A stretch of 64,000 bases of DNA from an uncultured delta proteobacterium (GTDB lineage Bacteria; Desulfobacterota; Binatia; HRBIN30; BPIQ01), in assembly GCA_963761335.1 (NCBI GenBank), contig CAVXGR010000012.1:640001-704000 (forward strand), written 5' to 3'. A program made the translations under genes and the position numbers. Shown here one piece after another: positions 1 through 10,463 of this stretch (within the stretch, counting starts at the first letter, position 1; each line of letters opens with the position of its first letter). A model generated the notes under the pieces. That model saw only the letters and a list, made by a program, of their open reading frames with translations. It searched no databases and was not told where the DNA came from.

Positions 1-1194
1 ATGCTGTTCATCGGCAGCTTCCTGCTGGCGCGCGCCACCTTCAAGTATCGCCTGAACGAGCGCATCGCCTACCGGGTGCTGTCGCTGGGGACGCTGCGCA
101 ACGACCCGACGCGGGCCTTCATCTTCCTCGGCCTGACCACGGCGTTTCTGTCGGCGTGGATGAGCAACACCGCCACCACGGCGATGATGCTGCCGATCGC
201 CGAGTCGGTGCTTCTGGCCATGGTGCCGCGGCAGGGCGAGGCCATCCCGCGCACCTACGCGGCGGGGATGATGCTCATCGTCGCCTACTCGGCGTCGATC
301 GGCGGCCTGTTCACGCCCATCGGCACGCCGCCCAACCTGATCGGTCTGGCGCTCATGCAGCAGGCGACCGGCACCCGCATCTCCTTCGTCGCCTGGATCG
401 GCAAGGTGTTCCCGGTGACCGCGGTGGTGCTGCTGATCATGATCGCCTACTTCGCCTACCTGTTTCGCGACGAGAAGGCGGGGCTCACCTACGACCGCAA
501 GCAGATGGTCGAGCGCTACGCCGCGCTGGGCCCGTGGCGCCCCGCCGAGAAGCGCGTGACCGTGGCGCTGCTGGTCACCGTGTCCCTCTGGGTGCTGCCG
601 CCGCTGATCAAGCTGCTGCTCCCGGCGGCCGGCGCCTTTCTCGAGACGCGCCTGCCGGAGTCGGTGGTGCCGCTCCTGGTCGCCGCCACTCTCTTCTGGC
701 TGCAGCGCCAGCCCGGAGGCGACGGCCAGGCCCTCCTCAGCGTGCGCGACCTCGGCGAGATCGACTGGCCGGTGATCGTCCTCTTCGGTGGCGGCATGTG
801 CCTCGGCGATCTGATGGTGACCAGCGGCTTCGCCGCCGCCCTCGGCTCGACTCTCGGCGGCATCCTGCCCAGCGGCAACACCCCGCTGCTGGTGCTGGTG
901 TTCTGCCTGTTCGCCATCGGCGTCTCGGAGACCACCTCGAACACCGCCAGCGCCAACATGGTGATCCCGGTGGTGATGGCGGTGGCGGCGCAGATCGGCG
1001 CCGACCCGCTCAGCCTCGGTCTGGCGGCGACCGTGGCCTGCACCTTCGGCTTCATGCTCCCGGTGTCGACGCCCACCAATGCGATGGCGTACTCCACCGG
1101 CTACGTGACCCAGTCGCAGATGATCCGCTACGGCATCGTCCTCGACGTCATCGGCGCCGCCCTGCTGAGCCTCTGGTTCGGCTGGATCGTCTGA
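1..1194 (+). CDS. DASS/SLC13 family sodium:dicarboxylate/sulfate symporter (probably 5'-truncated by window edge)
   Basis: Hydrophobic ORF with both SNT motifs (WMSNTATTAMMLPI, TSNTASA), TPIGTPPN and FMLPVSTPTNA. Confidence 0.9.
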   Translation: MLFIGSFLLARATFKYRLNERIAYRVLSLGTLRNDPTRAFIFLGLTTAFLSAWMSNTATTAMMLPIAESVLLAMVPRQGEAIPRTYAAGMMLIVAYSASIGGLFTPIGTPPNLIGLALMQQATGTRISFVAWIGKVFPVTAVVLLIMIAYFAYLFRDEKAGLTYDRKQMVERYAALGPWRPAEKRVTVALLVTVSLWVLPPLIKLLLPAAGAFLETRLPESVVPLLVAATLFWLQRQPGGDGQALLSVRDLGEIDWPVIVLFGGGMCLGDLMVTSGFAAALGSTLGGILPSGNTPLLVLVFCLFAIGVSETTSNTASANMVIPVVMAVAAQIGADPLSLGLAATVACTFGFMLPVSTPTNAMAYSTGYVTQSQMIRYGIVLDVIGAALLSLWFGWIV

Positions 1195-1200
1195 GCGCGT

Positions 1201-1699
1201 GGGGACAGTGCGTCATGAGCCTGCGGCTCGCCAGCAGACGATGAAAATGAGGCAGGGGATCTGCGCCGGCAAGAGACTTGGAGGTCCTCGCCCGGCTGAA
1301 GTTCGCCCCGGAGGGGCGGTGGCGTGTAGCCCCGGGTGAAACCCGGGGAAGAATGCGCGCTCCGTCAGGCGCGCCCCGCCAGGGGCGCGGGCAAGTTTTC
1401 GTCGATGTCACGCCTGTACGCCGATGCTCACCGCTGGGTGCGTGGGAAGCTCATCGACGTGATTCACGCGGCCTCTACGCCTGCGCCCCTGCGGGGCGCT
1501 GATCTGGGCCAATCGGAACGCGGTCCCCGGGTTAACACCCGGGGCTACATGCCTGCGCCCCTCCGGGGCGATAAGCCTCCACGCCAAGCGCCGGTGCGCT
1601 CCGGCAGACCTTCACCCAATAGATTTTCGAAGCAGGCAACTTTTGCCCGCGACCCCGTCGCCTTGGCGTGAGCCCGATCGGCAAAAGTAGCCTGTCCCC
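1201..1699. mobile_element. Composite repeat: element M (1209-1632) within a family J palindromic doublet, carrying GTAG-type REP hairpins (family A)
   Basis: GGGGACAG|TGCGTCATGAG at 1201; ATTTTCGAAG|CAG|GCAACTTTTGC at ~1623-1646; partner arm GCAAAAGTAGCCTGTCCCC at 1681-1699; inverted GTAGCCCCGGGTGAAACCCGGGG copies inside. Confidence 0.7.
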
Positions 1700-1765
1700 A
1701 TCCGCCACATCCGCCGCACTCCCATCCGTTTGAATCCACCCCTGCTGCCGGCGTAGAAGCGGCGC

Positions 1766-2563
1766 ATGGCAAAGCACGCGGTCGGCAAGCAGGCGCTGGT
1801 GACCGGGGCGTCGTCGGGAATCGGCGAGGCGTTCGCGCGGCGACTGGCGCGCGATGGGCATCACCTGGTCGTGGTGGCGCGCGGCAAGACGCGCCTCGAG
1901 AGCCTGGCGCGGGAGCTCCGCCACCAGCACCACGTCGAGGTGCACGTCGAGGCGGCCGACCTCACCCGCGCCGACGATCTGCAGCGCCTCGCCGAACGCG
2001 TCGCCGCGGCCGACGACCTCGACCTGCTGGTGAACAATGCCGGCTTCGGCACCATCGGCCGTTTCGACACCCTCGACTCCGACACCGAGGAGGAGGAGAT
2101 CCGCCTGAACGTCGTGGCGCTGGTGCGCCTGACGCGCGCGGCGCTGCCGGCCATGCTGGCGCGCGGCCACGGCGCCATCATCAACGTCTCCTCGATGGCG
2201 GCATTCCAGCCGGGTCCCTACATGGCGACCTATGGGGCGACCAAGGCCTTCGTCAACAGCTTCACCGAGGCGGTGTACGAGGAGCTGCGCGGCACCGGGG
2301 TGAAGGTGCAGGCGCTCTGCCCGGGCTTCACCCGCACCGGCTTTCAGGAGCGGGCGCACGCCGACGCCTCCGCCCTGCCCTCCTTCGCGTGGATGACGCC
2401 GGAGCCGGTGGTCGACGCCTCGCTGGCGGCGCTGCAGCGCAATCAGCTGATCTGCGTTCCCGGGCTCGGCAACCAGGTGGTCACCCGACTGGCCGGCGCC
2501 GTGCCGCGCGCCGCCGTGCGCCGCGTCGTCGGCATCTTCGGCAAGCGCTTCAAGCTGGCCTGA
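1766..2563 (+). CDS. Short-chain dehydrogenase/reductase
   Basis: TGASSGIG, NNAG and YGATK motifs. Confidence 0.93.
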   Translation: MAKHAVGKQALVTGASSGIGEAFARRLARDGHHLVVVARGKTRLESLARELRHQHHVEVHVEAADLTRADDLQRLAERVAAADDLDLLVNNAGFGTIGRFDTLDSDTEEEEIRLNVVALVRLTRAALPAMLARGHGAIINVSSMAAFQPGPYMATYGATKAFVNSFTEAVYEELRGTGVKVQALCPGFTRTGFQERAHADASALPSFAWMTPEPVVDASLAALQRNQLICVPGLGNQVVTRLAGAVPRAAVRRVVGIFGKRFKLA

Positions 2564-2600
2564 AGCCCTCGGGAAGCGGGACGCGGGACACCGGAGACGA

Positions 2601-4295
2601 ATGGCGACCGCCCTGCAGCGCGCCTACGAGAACCTGCGCACCGGCGAGGCGGTGGTGCGCGACGTGCAGCGCCTGCGCCAGATCCTCACGGTGCTGGCGC
2701 GGCACGGCTTCGGCGCGCTGGTGCAGCGGCTCGACCGCGATGACCGCTGGCTGCTCAAGAAGATCCGCGAGCACCGCGCCACCGAGCTCGAGCACCTGCC
2801 CATGGAGCGCCGCCTGCTGCTGGCGATCCACGATCTCGGGCCGACCTTCGTCAAGCTCGGCCAGATCCTCTCCACCCGCGCCGACCTCCTGCCGCCGCCG
2901 CTGATCGCCGAGCTGCGCACCCTCCAGGATGCGGTGCCACCGTTCCCCACCGAGAGCGTGCGCGCCATCATCCGCGCCGAGCTCGGCGCCGAGGTCGAGG
3001 ACCTGTTCGCCGCCTTCGAGGCCGAGCCCCTGGCCAGCGCCTCGATCGCCCAGGTGCACCGCGCCCGGCTGAAGGACGGCGCCGAGGTGGTGGTCAAGGT
3101 GCAGCGGCCCGACCTCAAGCAGCGCATCGAGGCCGATCTCGAGATCATGGGGTTTCTGGCGCGGGCGCTGGAAGCCAACTTCCCCGACATGCGGCTCTAC
3201 TCCCCGGCGGGCATCGTCGCCGCCTTCGACGAAGCCATCCGCCGCGAGATCGACTTCACCAACGAGCTGGAGCACATCCAGCGTTTTCGCAGCAACTTCC
3301 GCGACCGTCCGGGGGTGCACTTCCCGGAGGCGCACAAGCCGCTGTGCACGGCGCGCGTGCTCACCATGGAGTACATCGCCGGCACCAAGATCACCGCCAT
3401 CGACCCCGAGCGCGTCGACGTGGAGCGGGTCGTGCGCACGGCGCTCGACGTGGTTCTGCAGATGATCTTCGCCGACGGCTTCTTTCACGGCGATCTGCAC
3501 CCGGGAAACCTGCTGGTGCGCGACGACGGCGTCCTCTGCTTCATCGATTTCGGGCTCTGCGGCCGCCTGACGGCGCGCCAGCGCGACCGCCTGGTGGACA
3601 TGCTCATCGGTCTGGTGCGCGAGGACTTCGCGGCGGTGGCCCGGCTCTACTGGCGCATCGGCGTGCACGGACCCGACTCGACGCGCGACTACGAGGTCTT
3701 CGAGTCCGACGTCGTCGAGTGCCTCGAGCGGCAGTTCGCCGGCAAGACGGTGGAGGAGATCGAGGTCAGCCGCTTCTTCCGCGACCTGGTGGGGCTCGCC
3801 CTCAAGCATCGCGTGCAGATGCCGCCCGACTACGCCATGACCTTCAAGGCGATCGTCACCGTCGAGGGCGTCGGCAAGGAGCTGATGCCCGACGCCGATC
3901 TGATGTCGGCGGTGCGGCCCTACGTCACCACCCTGATCGCCGAGCGCTACAGCCCGCGCCGCCTGCTCCAGGAGGCCTACGAGGCGCTGCGCGAGCTCTC
4001 CGAGACGGCGCAGAACCTCCCCGAGCTTTCGCGCGGCATCCTCGAGGACCTGCACGCCGGCCGCACCCGGGTGAACGTCGACATCGGCCAGCTGCCGGAG
4101 CTGCGCCGCGCCTACGCCGCCGTCCACAAGCGCAACACCCTCGCCCTGCTCACCGCCACCAGCGCCATCTGCGGCACCCTGGCCCTCGACTTCACCGCCC
4201 ACACCGTGCTCGGATTCCCGGCGGTGTCGTTCTGGTTCTACCTGGCTGCCGCCGTCCTCGGCGGCTGGTTTCTCACCGCCCTCGTCGGCGGCTGA
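2601..4295 (+). CDS. ABC1/AarF/UbiB family atypical kinase
   Basis: LGPTFVKLGQ, ASASIAQVH, VVVKVQRP, FFHGDLHPGN and IDFG motifs; C-terminal hydrophobic helices. Confidence 0.93.
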   Translation: MATALQRAYENLRTGEAVVRDVQRLRQILTVLARHGFGALVQRLDRDDRWLLKKIREHRATELEHLPMERRLLLAIHDLGPTFVKLGQILSTRADLLPPPLIAELRTLQDAVPPFPTESVRAIIRAELGAEVEDLFAAFEAEPLASASIAQVHRARLKDGAEVVVKVQRPDLKQRIEADLEIMGFLARALEANFPDMRLYSPAGIVAAFDEAIRREIDFTNELEHIQRFRSNFRDRPGVHFPEAHKPLCTARVLTMEYIAGTKITAIDPERVDVERVVRTALDVVLQMIFADGFFHGDLHPGNLLVRDDGVLCFIDFGLCGRLTARQRDRLVDMLIGLVREDFAAVARLYWRIGVHGPDSTRDYEVFESDVVECLERQFAGKTVEEIEVSRFFRDLVGLALKHRVQMPPDYAMTFKAIVTVEGVGKELMPDADLMSAVRPYVTTLIAERYSPRRLLQEAYEALRELSETAQNLPELSRGILEDLHAGRTRVNVDIGQLPELRRAYAAVHKRNTLALLTATSAICGTLALDFTAHTVLGFPAVSFWFYLAAAVLGGWFLTALVGG

Positions 4296-4309
4296 TGGCG
4301 GACAGAGAA

Positions 4310-4576
4310 GTTCGCCCCGGAGGGGCGTTGGCGTGTAGCCCCGGGTGCAACCCGGGGAAATCGCGGCGCCATCGCCTCATGCGCCCCTTCAGGGGCGCGG
4401 GCAATGGCCCGCTTCGACTGCGAGAGTAGCGATTCGTCAGAAACCGTCTCCAACACCGAACCCCGAATATTGCAGGCGCTACACGCCCGCGCCCCTCCGG
4501 GGCGCTGATCTGGGCTAGCAAAACCGTGGCCCCCGGGTTGCACCCGGGGCTACATGCCACCGCCCCTCCGGGGCGA
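4310..4576. repeat. Inverted doublet of family A GTAG REP-like hairpins
   Basis: CGCCCCGGAGGGGCG..GTAGCCCCGGGTGCAACCCGGGG near 4313 and its reverse complement near 4530-4576. Confidence 0.8.
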
Positions 4577-4826
4577 CAAGGTCCAAACCCCAGGCCCCTG
4601 TGGATCCTCGGCGACATGGACGTCGAATCCGGGACCGGGGGTTGAAGACCCCCGGCTAACATCGCGGGAGTGCAAAGGGAACAGCGCCCACCTGTCAGCC
4701 GATCCCCCGCCGAGCGACGCCAGCCCGAGCACGCCCAACCCCGATAACGGTACACCCTATGAGCAAACTATCGTGCAAAGCGCCGGGACGGCGCTTCTAC
4801 TCTGCGAGCCCGAAAGCCCCAGTCCC

Positions 4827-5321
4827 TCAGGTGCCGCTGGTCGGATTCTCGGCCGGCGTCTTCTCGGGGGTCTTGTCCGCCTTCTTCTCCGCGTCGCAGT
4901 CGCCCAGCCGCCGGCCGCTCATCGACCACAGCATGCTCAGCGGCTTCCCCTGGACCTGCATCTTCAGGTCCCAGGTGCCGTGCATGGTGTTGCCGCTGTA
5001 GGTCATCTCACCCTGCGCCCGAGACGGCTCGCCGCCGTTGCCATTCGGGCACTCCATCGTCCACTTCACGCCGTTCTCGGTGACCGACTTGCTCTTGATC
5101 TGGCAGTGCTTGTCGCCCTCGCGAGCGATCTTGGGGATGAAGTCCTCCTCGTGCACGCACTGCGTGAAGGTCCGCTTCTGCGGCTGCGGAAACATCGGTG
5201 CCGTGGTCGTCGTGGTGATCTCCCACTTGCCCGGCTTGAATCCGGAATCGGCGGCGAAGGCACCACCGGCGATCAAGAGGAACACGGCGGCGGTGAGCGG
5301 CACTCTCGCAAATCGGAACAT
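4827..5321 (-). CDS. Secreted DUF3617-like protein
   Basis: ATG at 5321 after GGAGGAG; signal peptide; KPGKWEITT, four Cys, terminal GRRLGDC. Confidence 0.8.
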   Translation of the reverse strand: MFRFARVPLTAAVFLLIAGGAFAADSGFKPGKWEITTTTTAPMFPQPQKRTFTQCVHEEDFIPKIAREGDKHCQIKSKSVTENGVKWTMECPNGNGGEPSRAQGEMTYSGNTMHGTWDLKMQVQGKPLSMLWSMSGRRLGDCDAEKKADKTPEKTPAENPTSGT

Positions 5322-5395
5322 GGATCTCCTCCTTCGGGCAGGGCGAAACGTCGCCGACTCTGCCGAAGATCGGCGCCGCTTGCAACGCCGGAAGG

Positions 5396-5614
5396 AAGAA
5401 GAGAATGTAGAATGGAGAACCGGTGACCGGGGATGGAGAACCGGCAAATGATGCTGGCGTTGCGGACGGTAGGGTGAGGTCGCCGATCTCCTTGAATGCC
5501 GCGAGGTCCGTCAGGCAAACCACGTCACGCGCCCAACCACTCGTTTGCCCGAGCCCAGTATCATTCACCGGTTCTCCATCCCCGGTCACCGGTTCTCCAT
5601 TTTACATTTTCTTC
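5396..5614. repeat. Family C inverted repeat pair (AATGTAAAATGGAGAACCGGTGACCGG-GATGGAGAACCGG)
   Basis: ~45 bp arms in inverted orientation around a ~120 bp spacer; same arm at 16503-16630, 19786 and 20174. Confidence 0.8.
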
Positions 5615-5663
5615 CCCCGCCGAAGGGGTGGTCACAGCCGTGGCCGTCTGCCAGAAAAGATCC

Positions 5664-6758
5664 ATGATCGGCTTCGAACCGAGCGAAGAGCAGCAGGTGG
5701 CGCGCCAGGCCATGGCGCAGTTCGCCGCCGAGGTGATGCGGCCGCTGGCGCGCCAGTGTGACGAGGCCTCCGCCATTCCCGACTCGTTCCTGGCGCAGGC
5801 GTGGGATCTGGGAATCGCGGCGACGCAGATCCCCGAGGCGTACGGCGGCTACGGCGCGGCGCGCTCGCCGATCACCAACGCCCTGCTGCTCGAGGAGCTC
5901 GCCCACGGCGACGCCACCCTGGCGCTGGCGGCCTTCGCCCCGACCCTGTTTGCCGCCGCCGTTCTCGACCAGGGGAGCGAGGCGCAGAAGCGCGCCTATC
6001 TGCCCGCCTTCGCCGGCGACCGCTATCATACCGGCGGGCTCGCGGTCGCCGAGCCGACTCCCGCATTCGACGCCCTCGAGCCCCGCACCGGCGCCGCGAA
6101 ACGCGGCGGCGGCTTCGTCCTCTCGGGCGAGAAGTGCTGGGTGCCGATGGGCGATCGCGCCGCGCATTTTCTCGTCGTCGCCCGCAGCGACGACGGCCTC
6201 GACGCCTTCATCGTCGGGCGCCATGCCGCGGGGCTCCAGGTGCGCGCCCCGGAGAAGAACCTCGGCCTGCGCGCCCTGCCGACGGCGGCGCTGCGGCTGG
6301 ACGGGGTCGAGGTGGCGGCCGAGGATCGCCTCGGCGGCGGAGCCCGCGCCGACGTGGCGCGGCTGCTGCAGCACGGCCGCGTCGCCCTGGCGGCGGTGAT
6401 GACCGGCTTGTCGCGCGCCGTCCTCGACTACTGCATCCCCTACGCCAAGGAGCGCGTCGCCTTCGACGAGCCCATCGCCCGCAAGCAATCGATCGCCTTC
6501 CGCCTCGCCGAGATGCACATCGAGACCGAGTGCTCGCGCTGGCTCGCCTGGAAGGCCGCCGGCGATCTCGAGCACGGGCGCCCGGCGGCGCGCAGCGCCC
6601 ACTTGGCGCGCGCCTACGCCGCCGAGAAGTCGGTATGGATCGCCGACAACGGCGTGCAGGTGCTCGGCGGCCACGGCTACATCCGCGAGCACCCGGTGGA
6701 GATGTGGTACCGCAACGCCCGCACCCTCGGTGTCCTCGAGGGCATGGCGTCGGTCTGA
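5664..6758 (+). CDS. Acyl-CoA dehydrogenase
   Basis: Start MIGFEPSEEQ; LSGEKCWV, YAKERVAF, VQVLGGHGYIREHPVEMWYR. Confidence 0.92.
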   Translation: MIGFEPSEEQQVARQAMAQFAAEVMRPLARQCDEASAIPDSFLAQAWDLGIAATQIPEAYGGYGAARSPITNALLLEELAHGDATLALAAFAPTLFAAAVLDQGSEAQKRAYLPAFAGDRYHTGGLAVAEPTPAFDALEPRTGAAKRGGGFVLSGEKCWVPMGDRAAHFLVVARSDDGLDAFIVGRHAAGLQVRAPEKNLGLRALPTAALRLDGVEVAAEDRLGGGARADVARLLQHGRVALAAVMTGLSRAVLDYCIPYAKERVAFDEPIARKQSIAFRLAEMHIETECSRWLAWKAAGDLEHGRPAARSAHLARAYAAEKSVWIADNGVQVLGGHGYIREHPVEMWYRNARTLGVLEGMASV

Positions 6759-6784
6759 GCCGCGAAGGAGAAGAGGAGTCTGCC

Positions 6785-7957
6785 GTGATCGATCTGGAGC
6801 TCTCTGCCAACGACGAGAAGGTGCTGGCGGCGGTGCGCGCCGAGGCGCTGGTGGCGCGCCGCTACGCACGGCACTACGACGAGAACGAGCACGAGTTCCC
6901 TCCCCTGCAGCTGGAGGAGGCGAAGGAGATGCCGAGCCCGCTGCTGCTCCTCGGAAACCGCGGCGAGGGAGACGCCGGCATGGCGGTGATGACCACGCTC
7001 ATCGCCATGGGCCAGACCTGGGGCGACTACTCGGTGCGCGTCCGCCGGCAGCGCGGCGGCCTGGGTAACTCGGCGCTGCAGGCCGCGGGAACCCCGGAGC
7101 AGAAGGCCAAGTGGGGACACCTGACGCTGGCCATGGCGATCACCGAGCCCGGCTGCGGCTCGGACCCGTCGAAGGTGCAGACGAGCGCCGTTCTCGACGG
7201 CGACGAGTGGGTGCTCAACGGCGAGAAGATCTTCGTCACCACCGGCTGCCGCGCCGAGGGCGTGGTGGTGTGGGCCACGGTCGACAGGTCGGCGGGCCGC
7301 GCCGGAATCAAGTCGTTCCTCGTCGAGAAGACGGCGCCGGGGTTCACGGTCACCCACAAGGAGAAGAAGCTCGGCATCCGCGCCGACGACACCGCCGCCA
7401 TCGTCCTGCAGGACTGCCGCATCCCGCGCGGCAATCTGCTCGGCGGCGACGAGACCGTCTCGCGCCACGGCTCCGGCGGCTTCCGCGGCGTGATGAAGAC
7501 CTTCAACATGACCCGCCCGGTGGTCGCCGCGCTCGGCCTGGGGATCGCCCAGGCGGCTCTCGACTTCACCCGCGAGGCTCTCGGCGAGGGCGGCGTCGAC
7601 ATCGAGTACGGCGGCGGAGCGGCCGGCCGCGGGGCGCTCGCGGAGCGCTTCATTCGCCTGGAGATGCAGCTCGAAGCCGCCCGCCTGGCGATGCTGCGCG
7701 CCGCCTGGCTGGCGGACAACGGCAAGCCGAACAACACCGAGGCATCGGTCTGCAAGGCGAAGGCGGGCGCCGTGGTCCGCGAGATCACCCAGGGATGCAT
7801 CGAGATCCTCGGCCCGATGGGCGCCTCGCGCGAGCACCTGCTCGAGAAGTGGTTCCGCGATTGCCGCATCACCGACATCTACGAGGGCACCGGCGAGATC
7901 CAGCGCCTGATCATCGCCCGCACGCTCCTCGACTACGGCCGCGATGAGTTGAAGTAG
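6785..7957 (+). CDS. Acyl-CoA dehydrogenase
   Basis: GTG start after GAGGAG; AITEPGCGSD, LNGEKIFVT, KLGIRADDT, DIYEGTGEIQRLII. Confidence 0.92.
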   Translation: MIDLELSANDEKVLAAVRAEALVARRYARHYDENEHEFPPLQLEEAKEMPSPLLLLGNRGEGDAGMAVMTTLIAMGQTWGDYSVRVRRQRGGLGNSALQAAGTPEQKAKWGHLTLAMAITEPGCGSDPSKVQTSAVLDGDEWVLNGEKIFVTTGCRAEGVVVWATVDRSAGRAGIKSFLVEKTAPGFTVTHKEKKLGIRADDTAAIVLQDCRIPRGNLLGGDETVSRHGSGGFRGVMKTFNMTRPVVAALGLGIAQAALDFTREALGEGGVDIEYGGGAAGRGALAERFIRLEMQLEAARLAMLRAAWLADNGKPNNTEASVCKAKAGAVVREITQGCIEILGPMGASREHLLEKWFRDCRITDIYEGTGEIQRLIIARTLLDYGRDELK

Positions 7958-7971
7958 AAGATCGTTTTCGC

Positions 7972-8101
7972 TCGGTATCTCGGTATCTCGGTTTTCGGGT
8001 TCGCGGGTTATCGGGTTCGGGGCATCTGCCGCCCACCCTGAAACTCGAAAACCCGCCGACCAAACCGAGAAACTGAGAAACCGATAAACCGATAAACCGA
8101 G
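7972..8101. repeat. Inverted short-tandem octamer repeats between convergent genes
   Basis: CGGTATCT/CGGTTTT units facing AAACCGAG/AAACCGAT units. Confidence 0.6.
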
Positions 8102-8108
8102 CGACCTC

Positions 8109-8657
8109 TTACATCATTCCGAGCTCGAGCTTCGCCGCCTCCGACATCATCTGCTGGTTCCACTGCGGCTCGAAGACCACCTGGACGTCGGCGTCGACGA
8201 CGCCGGGCAGGCCGAGGAGGCGCTGGCGGGCATCCATGGCGATGTGGTCGCCCATGCCGCAACCGGGCGCGGTCAGAGTCATGGTGACCAGCACCCGGCT
8301 GCCACCTTCGACCGGCTCGATGCGCAGGTCGTACACCAGGCCGAGGTCGACGATGTTCACCGGGATCTCCGGATCGTAGACGCTGCGCAGCTGCGCCCAG
8401 ACGAGCTCGGCGTCGACTGGTCCCTCCGCCGACGGCCCCGTCTCCTGCGGCGCCTCGGGCAGCGGCTTGCCGATGGCGCCGGCGTCCTTGCCGGCGAGCC
8501 GATAGAGGCCGCCCATGGTCGGAATCTGCAGGGTATAGCTGTCGCCGAGCGCCTGGGTGATCACCGCCGGCGTGTCGGCGGGCACCGTGATCCTGTCCCC
8601 GTAGGGGACCTGCACCACCTCGCACTCACGCGAGAACGTCACTTCTTCGTATCGCAT
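8109..8657 (-). CDS. sufT: Fe-S cluster assembly protein SufT (DUF59)
   Basis: YDPEIPVNIVDLGLVY, MTLTAPGCGMG; last gene of suf operon. Confidence 0.92.
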   Translation of the reverse strand: MRYEEVTFSRECEVVQVPYGDRITVPADTPAVITQALGDSYTLQIPTMGGLYRLAGKDAGAIGKPLPEAPQETGPSAEGPVDAELVWAQLRSVYDPEIPVNIVDLGLVYDLRIEPVEGGSRVLVTMTLTAPGCGMGDHIAMDARQRLLGLPGVVDADVQVVFEPQWNQQMMSEAAKLELGMM

Positions 8658-8678
8658 CAGATATCTCCAAATACCGAC

Positions 8679-8731
8679 CCCTCACCCTGACCCTCTCCCG
8701 CGAAAAGTGCGGGAGAGGGTCAGGGTGAGGG
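8679..8731. repeat. Perfect 23-bp-stem hairpin of family B (BoxC-like)
   Basis: CCCTCACCCTGACCCTCTCCCGC-GAAAAGT-GCGGGAGAGGGTCAGGGTGAGGG between sufU and sufT. Confidence 0.9.
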
Positions 8732-8748
8732 CCTTCTCCATCCATTCC

Positions 8749-9204
8749 TCACTCCGTTGACACCGGCTCCTGCTCGCCCTCGAGCGCCGCGTGCATGGTG
8801 TGCCAGGCGAGCACGGCGCACTTGACGCGCGAGGGAAACTGGCTGACGCCGGCGAAGACGGCGAGCTTGCCGAGGCCGGCGGCCTCGGCGACGGCATCGG
8901 CCTCGCCGGTGATCAGGCGGTGAAACCTGTCGAACAGCTTCTCCGCCTCGGCGCGCGTCTTTCCCTTGAGCACCTCCGTCATCACCGACGCCGAGGCGGT
9001 GGAGATGGCGCAGCCCGAGCCCTCGAAGGAGATGTCGCGGACGACGTCGTCGTCCATGTGCAGATACACGGTCATCCTGTCGCCACAGAGCGGGTTGTAG
9101 CCTTCGAGGTGCTGCGCCGGCGCCGGCAGCTTGTGGAAGTTCCGCGGCTTGCGGCTGTGCTCGACGATGATCTCCTGGTAGAGCTCGCGCAGATCGTCGT
9201 TCAC
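8749..9204 (-). CDS. sufU: SUF system NifU-like protein SufU
   Basis: GTG start overlapping sufS stop; [22 protein letters not shown]. Confidence 0.93.
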   Translation of the reverse strand: MNDDLRELYQEIIVEHSRKPRNFHKLPAPAQHLEGYNPLCGDRMTVYLHMDDDVVRDISFEGSGCAISTASASVMTEVLKGKTRAEAEKLFDRFHRLITGEADAVAEAAGLGKLAVFAGVSQFPSRVKCAVLAWHTMHAALEGEQEPVSTE

Positions 9205-10463
9205 CCGAGCACCTCGATCACCCGGCGCACGCCCGCCACCAGCGCCTCGACATCCTCGCGCGTGTTGTAGAACGCCAGCGAGGCACGCGCCGTCGCCGGA
9301 ACGCCGAAGCGCTCCATCACCGGCTGGGCGCAGTGGTGGCCGGCGCGGATGGCGACACCCTCGCGGTCGAGGATGGTGCCGATGTCGTGGGGATGGATGC
9401 GATCGATGACGAACGACAGCACCGTCGCCTTCTCCCGCGCCGTGCCGATGATGCGCACCTGGGGGATCTCCGACATGCGTTCGGTGGCGTAGCGCAGCAG
9501 CTCGCGCTCGTAGGCGTCGGCCTGCGCCAGGTCGATGCCCTCCAGGTAGTCGAGGGCCTCGCCGAGACCGACGACGCCGGTGATGTTGGGCGTGCCCGCC
9601 TCGAAGCGCCCGGGAATCTTCTTGAAGATCGACTTCTCGAAGGTCACCGAGCTGATCATCTCGCCGCCGCCCTGGTAGGGCGGCAGCGCCTCGAGCCGCT
9701 CGGCGCGCCCGTAGAGCACGCCAACTCCCGTCGGCCCGTAGAGCTTGTGCGCCGAGAAGGCGAAGAAGTCGCAGCCGAGGTCGCCGACGTCGACGCCGAG
9801 ATGCGGTGCCGACTGCGCCCCGTCGAGCAGCACCGGAATGCCGCGGCGGTGCGCCATCTCGACGATCTGCTTGGCCGGGTTGATGGTCCCCAGGGCGTTG
9901 GAGAGATGCACGATCGACACCAGGCGGGTGCGCGGCCCGAGGAGCTTCTCGTAGGCGTCGAGATCGAGCTCGCCGGCGTCGTCGATCGGCACGACGCGCA
10001 GCCGCGCGCCGCGCTCCTCGCAGACGAGCTGCCAGGGGACGATGTTGGAGTGGTGCTCCATGGCGGAGATGACCACCTCGTCGCCCGCCTTGAGCACCGA
10101 CTTGCCGAAGCCGCTGGCCACCAGGTTGATGGCCTCGGTGGTGCCGCGCACGAAGACGATCTCGCGATCTTCGGCGGCGTTCAAGAAGCGCCGCACCTTG
10201 CCGCGCACCGCCTCGAAGGCCAGCGTCGCCCGCTCGCTCAGGGTGTGCAGGCCGCGGTGCACGTTGGCGTAGTCGTGCGCGTCGAAGTGGGCGACGGCAT
10301 CGATCACCACCTGCGGTTTCTGGCTGCTGGCGGCGTTGTCGAGGTAGACGAGCGGCTTGCCGTGCACCTGCTGGTGCAGCACCGGAAAGTCCGCCCGCAC
10401 CCGATGCGGGTCGAAGGCGGCCGCGGCGGCGCCCCGGCGCGCAATCTTCTGTGCGCTGGTCAT
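9201..10463 (-). CDS. sufS: Cysteine desulfurase SufS
   Basis: [28 protein letters not shown]. Confidence 0.95.
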   Translation of the reverse strand: MTSAQKIARRGAAAAAFDPHRVRADFPVLHQQVHGKPLVYLDNAASSQKPQVVIDAVAHFDAHDYANVHRGLHTLSERATLAFEAVRGKVRRFLNAAEDREIVFVRGTTEAINLVASGFGKSVLKAGDEVVISAMEHHSNIVPWQLVCEERGARLRVVPIDDAGELDLDAYEKLLGPRTRLVSIVHLSNALGTINPAKQIVEMAHRRGIPVLLDGAQSAPHLGVDVGDLGCDFFAFSAHKLYGPTGVGVLYGRAERLEALPPYQGGGEMISSVTFEKSIFKKIPGRFEAGTPNITGVVGLGEALDYLEGIDLAQADAYERELLRYATERMSEIPQVRIIGTAREKATVLSFVIDRIHPHDIGTILDREGVAIRAGHHCAQPVMERFGVPATARASLAFYNTREDVEALVAGVRRVIEVLG

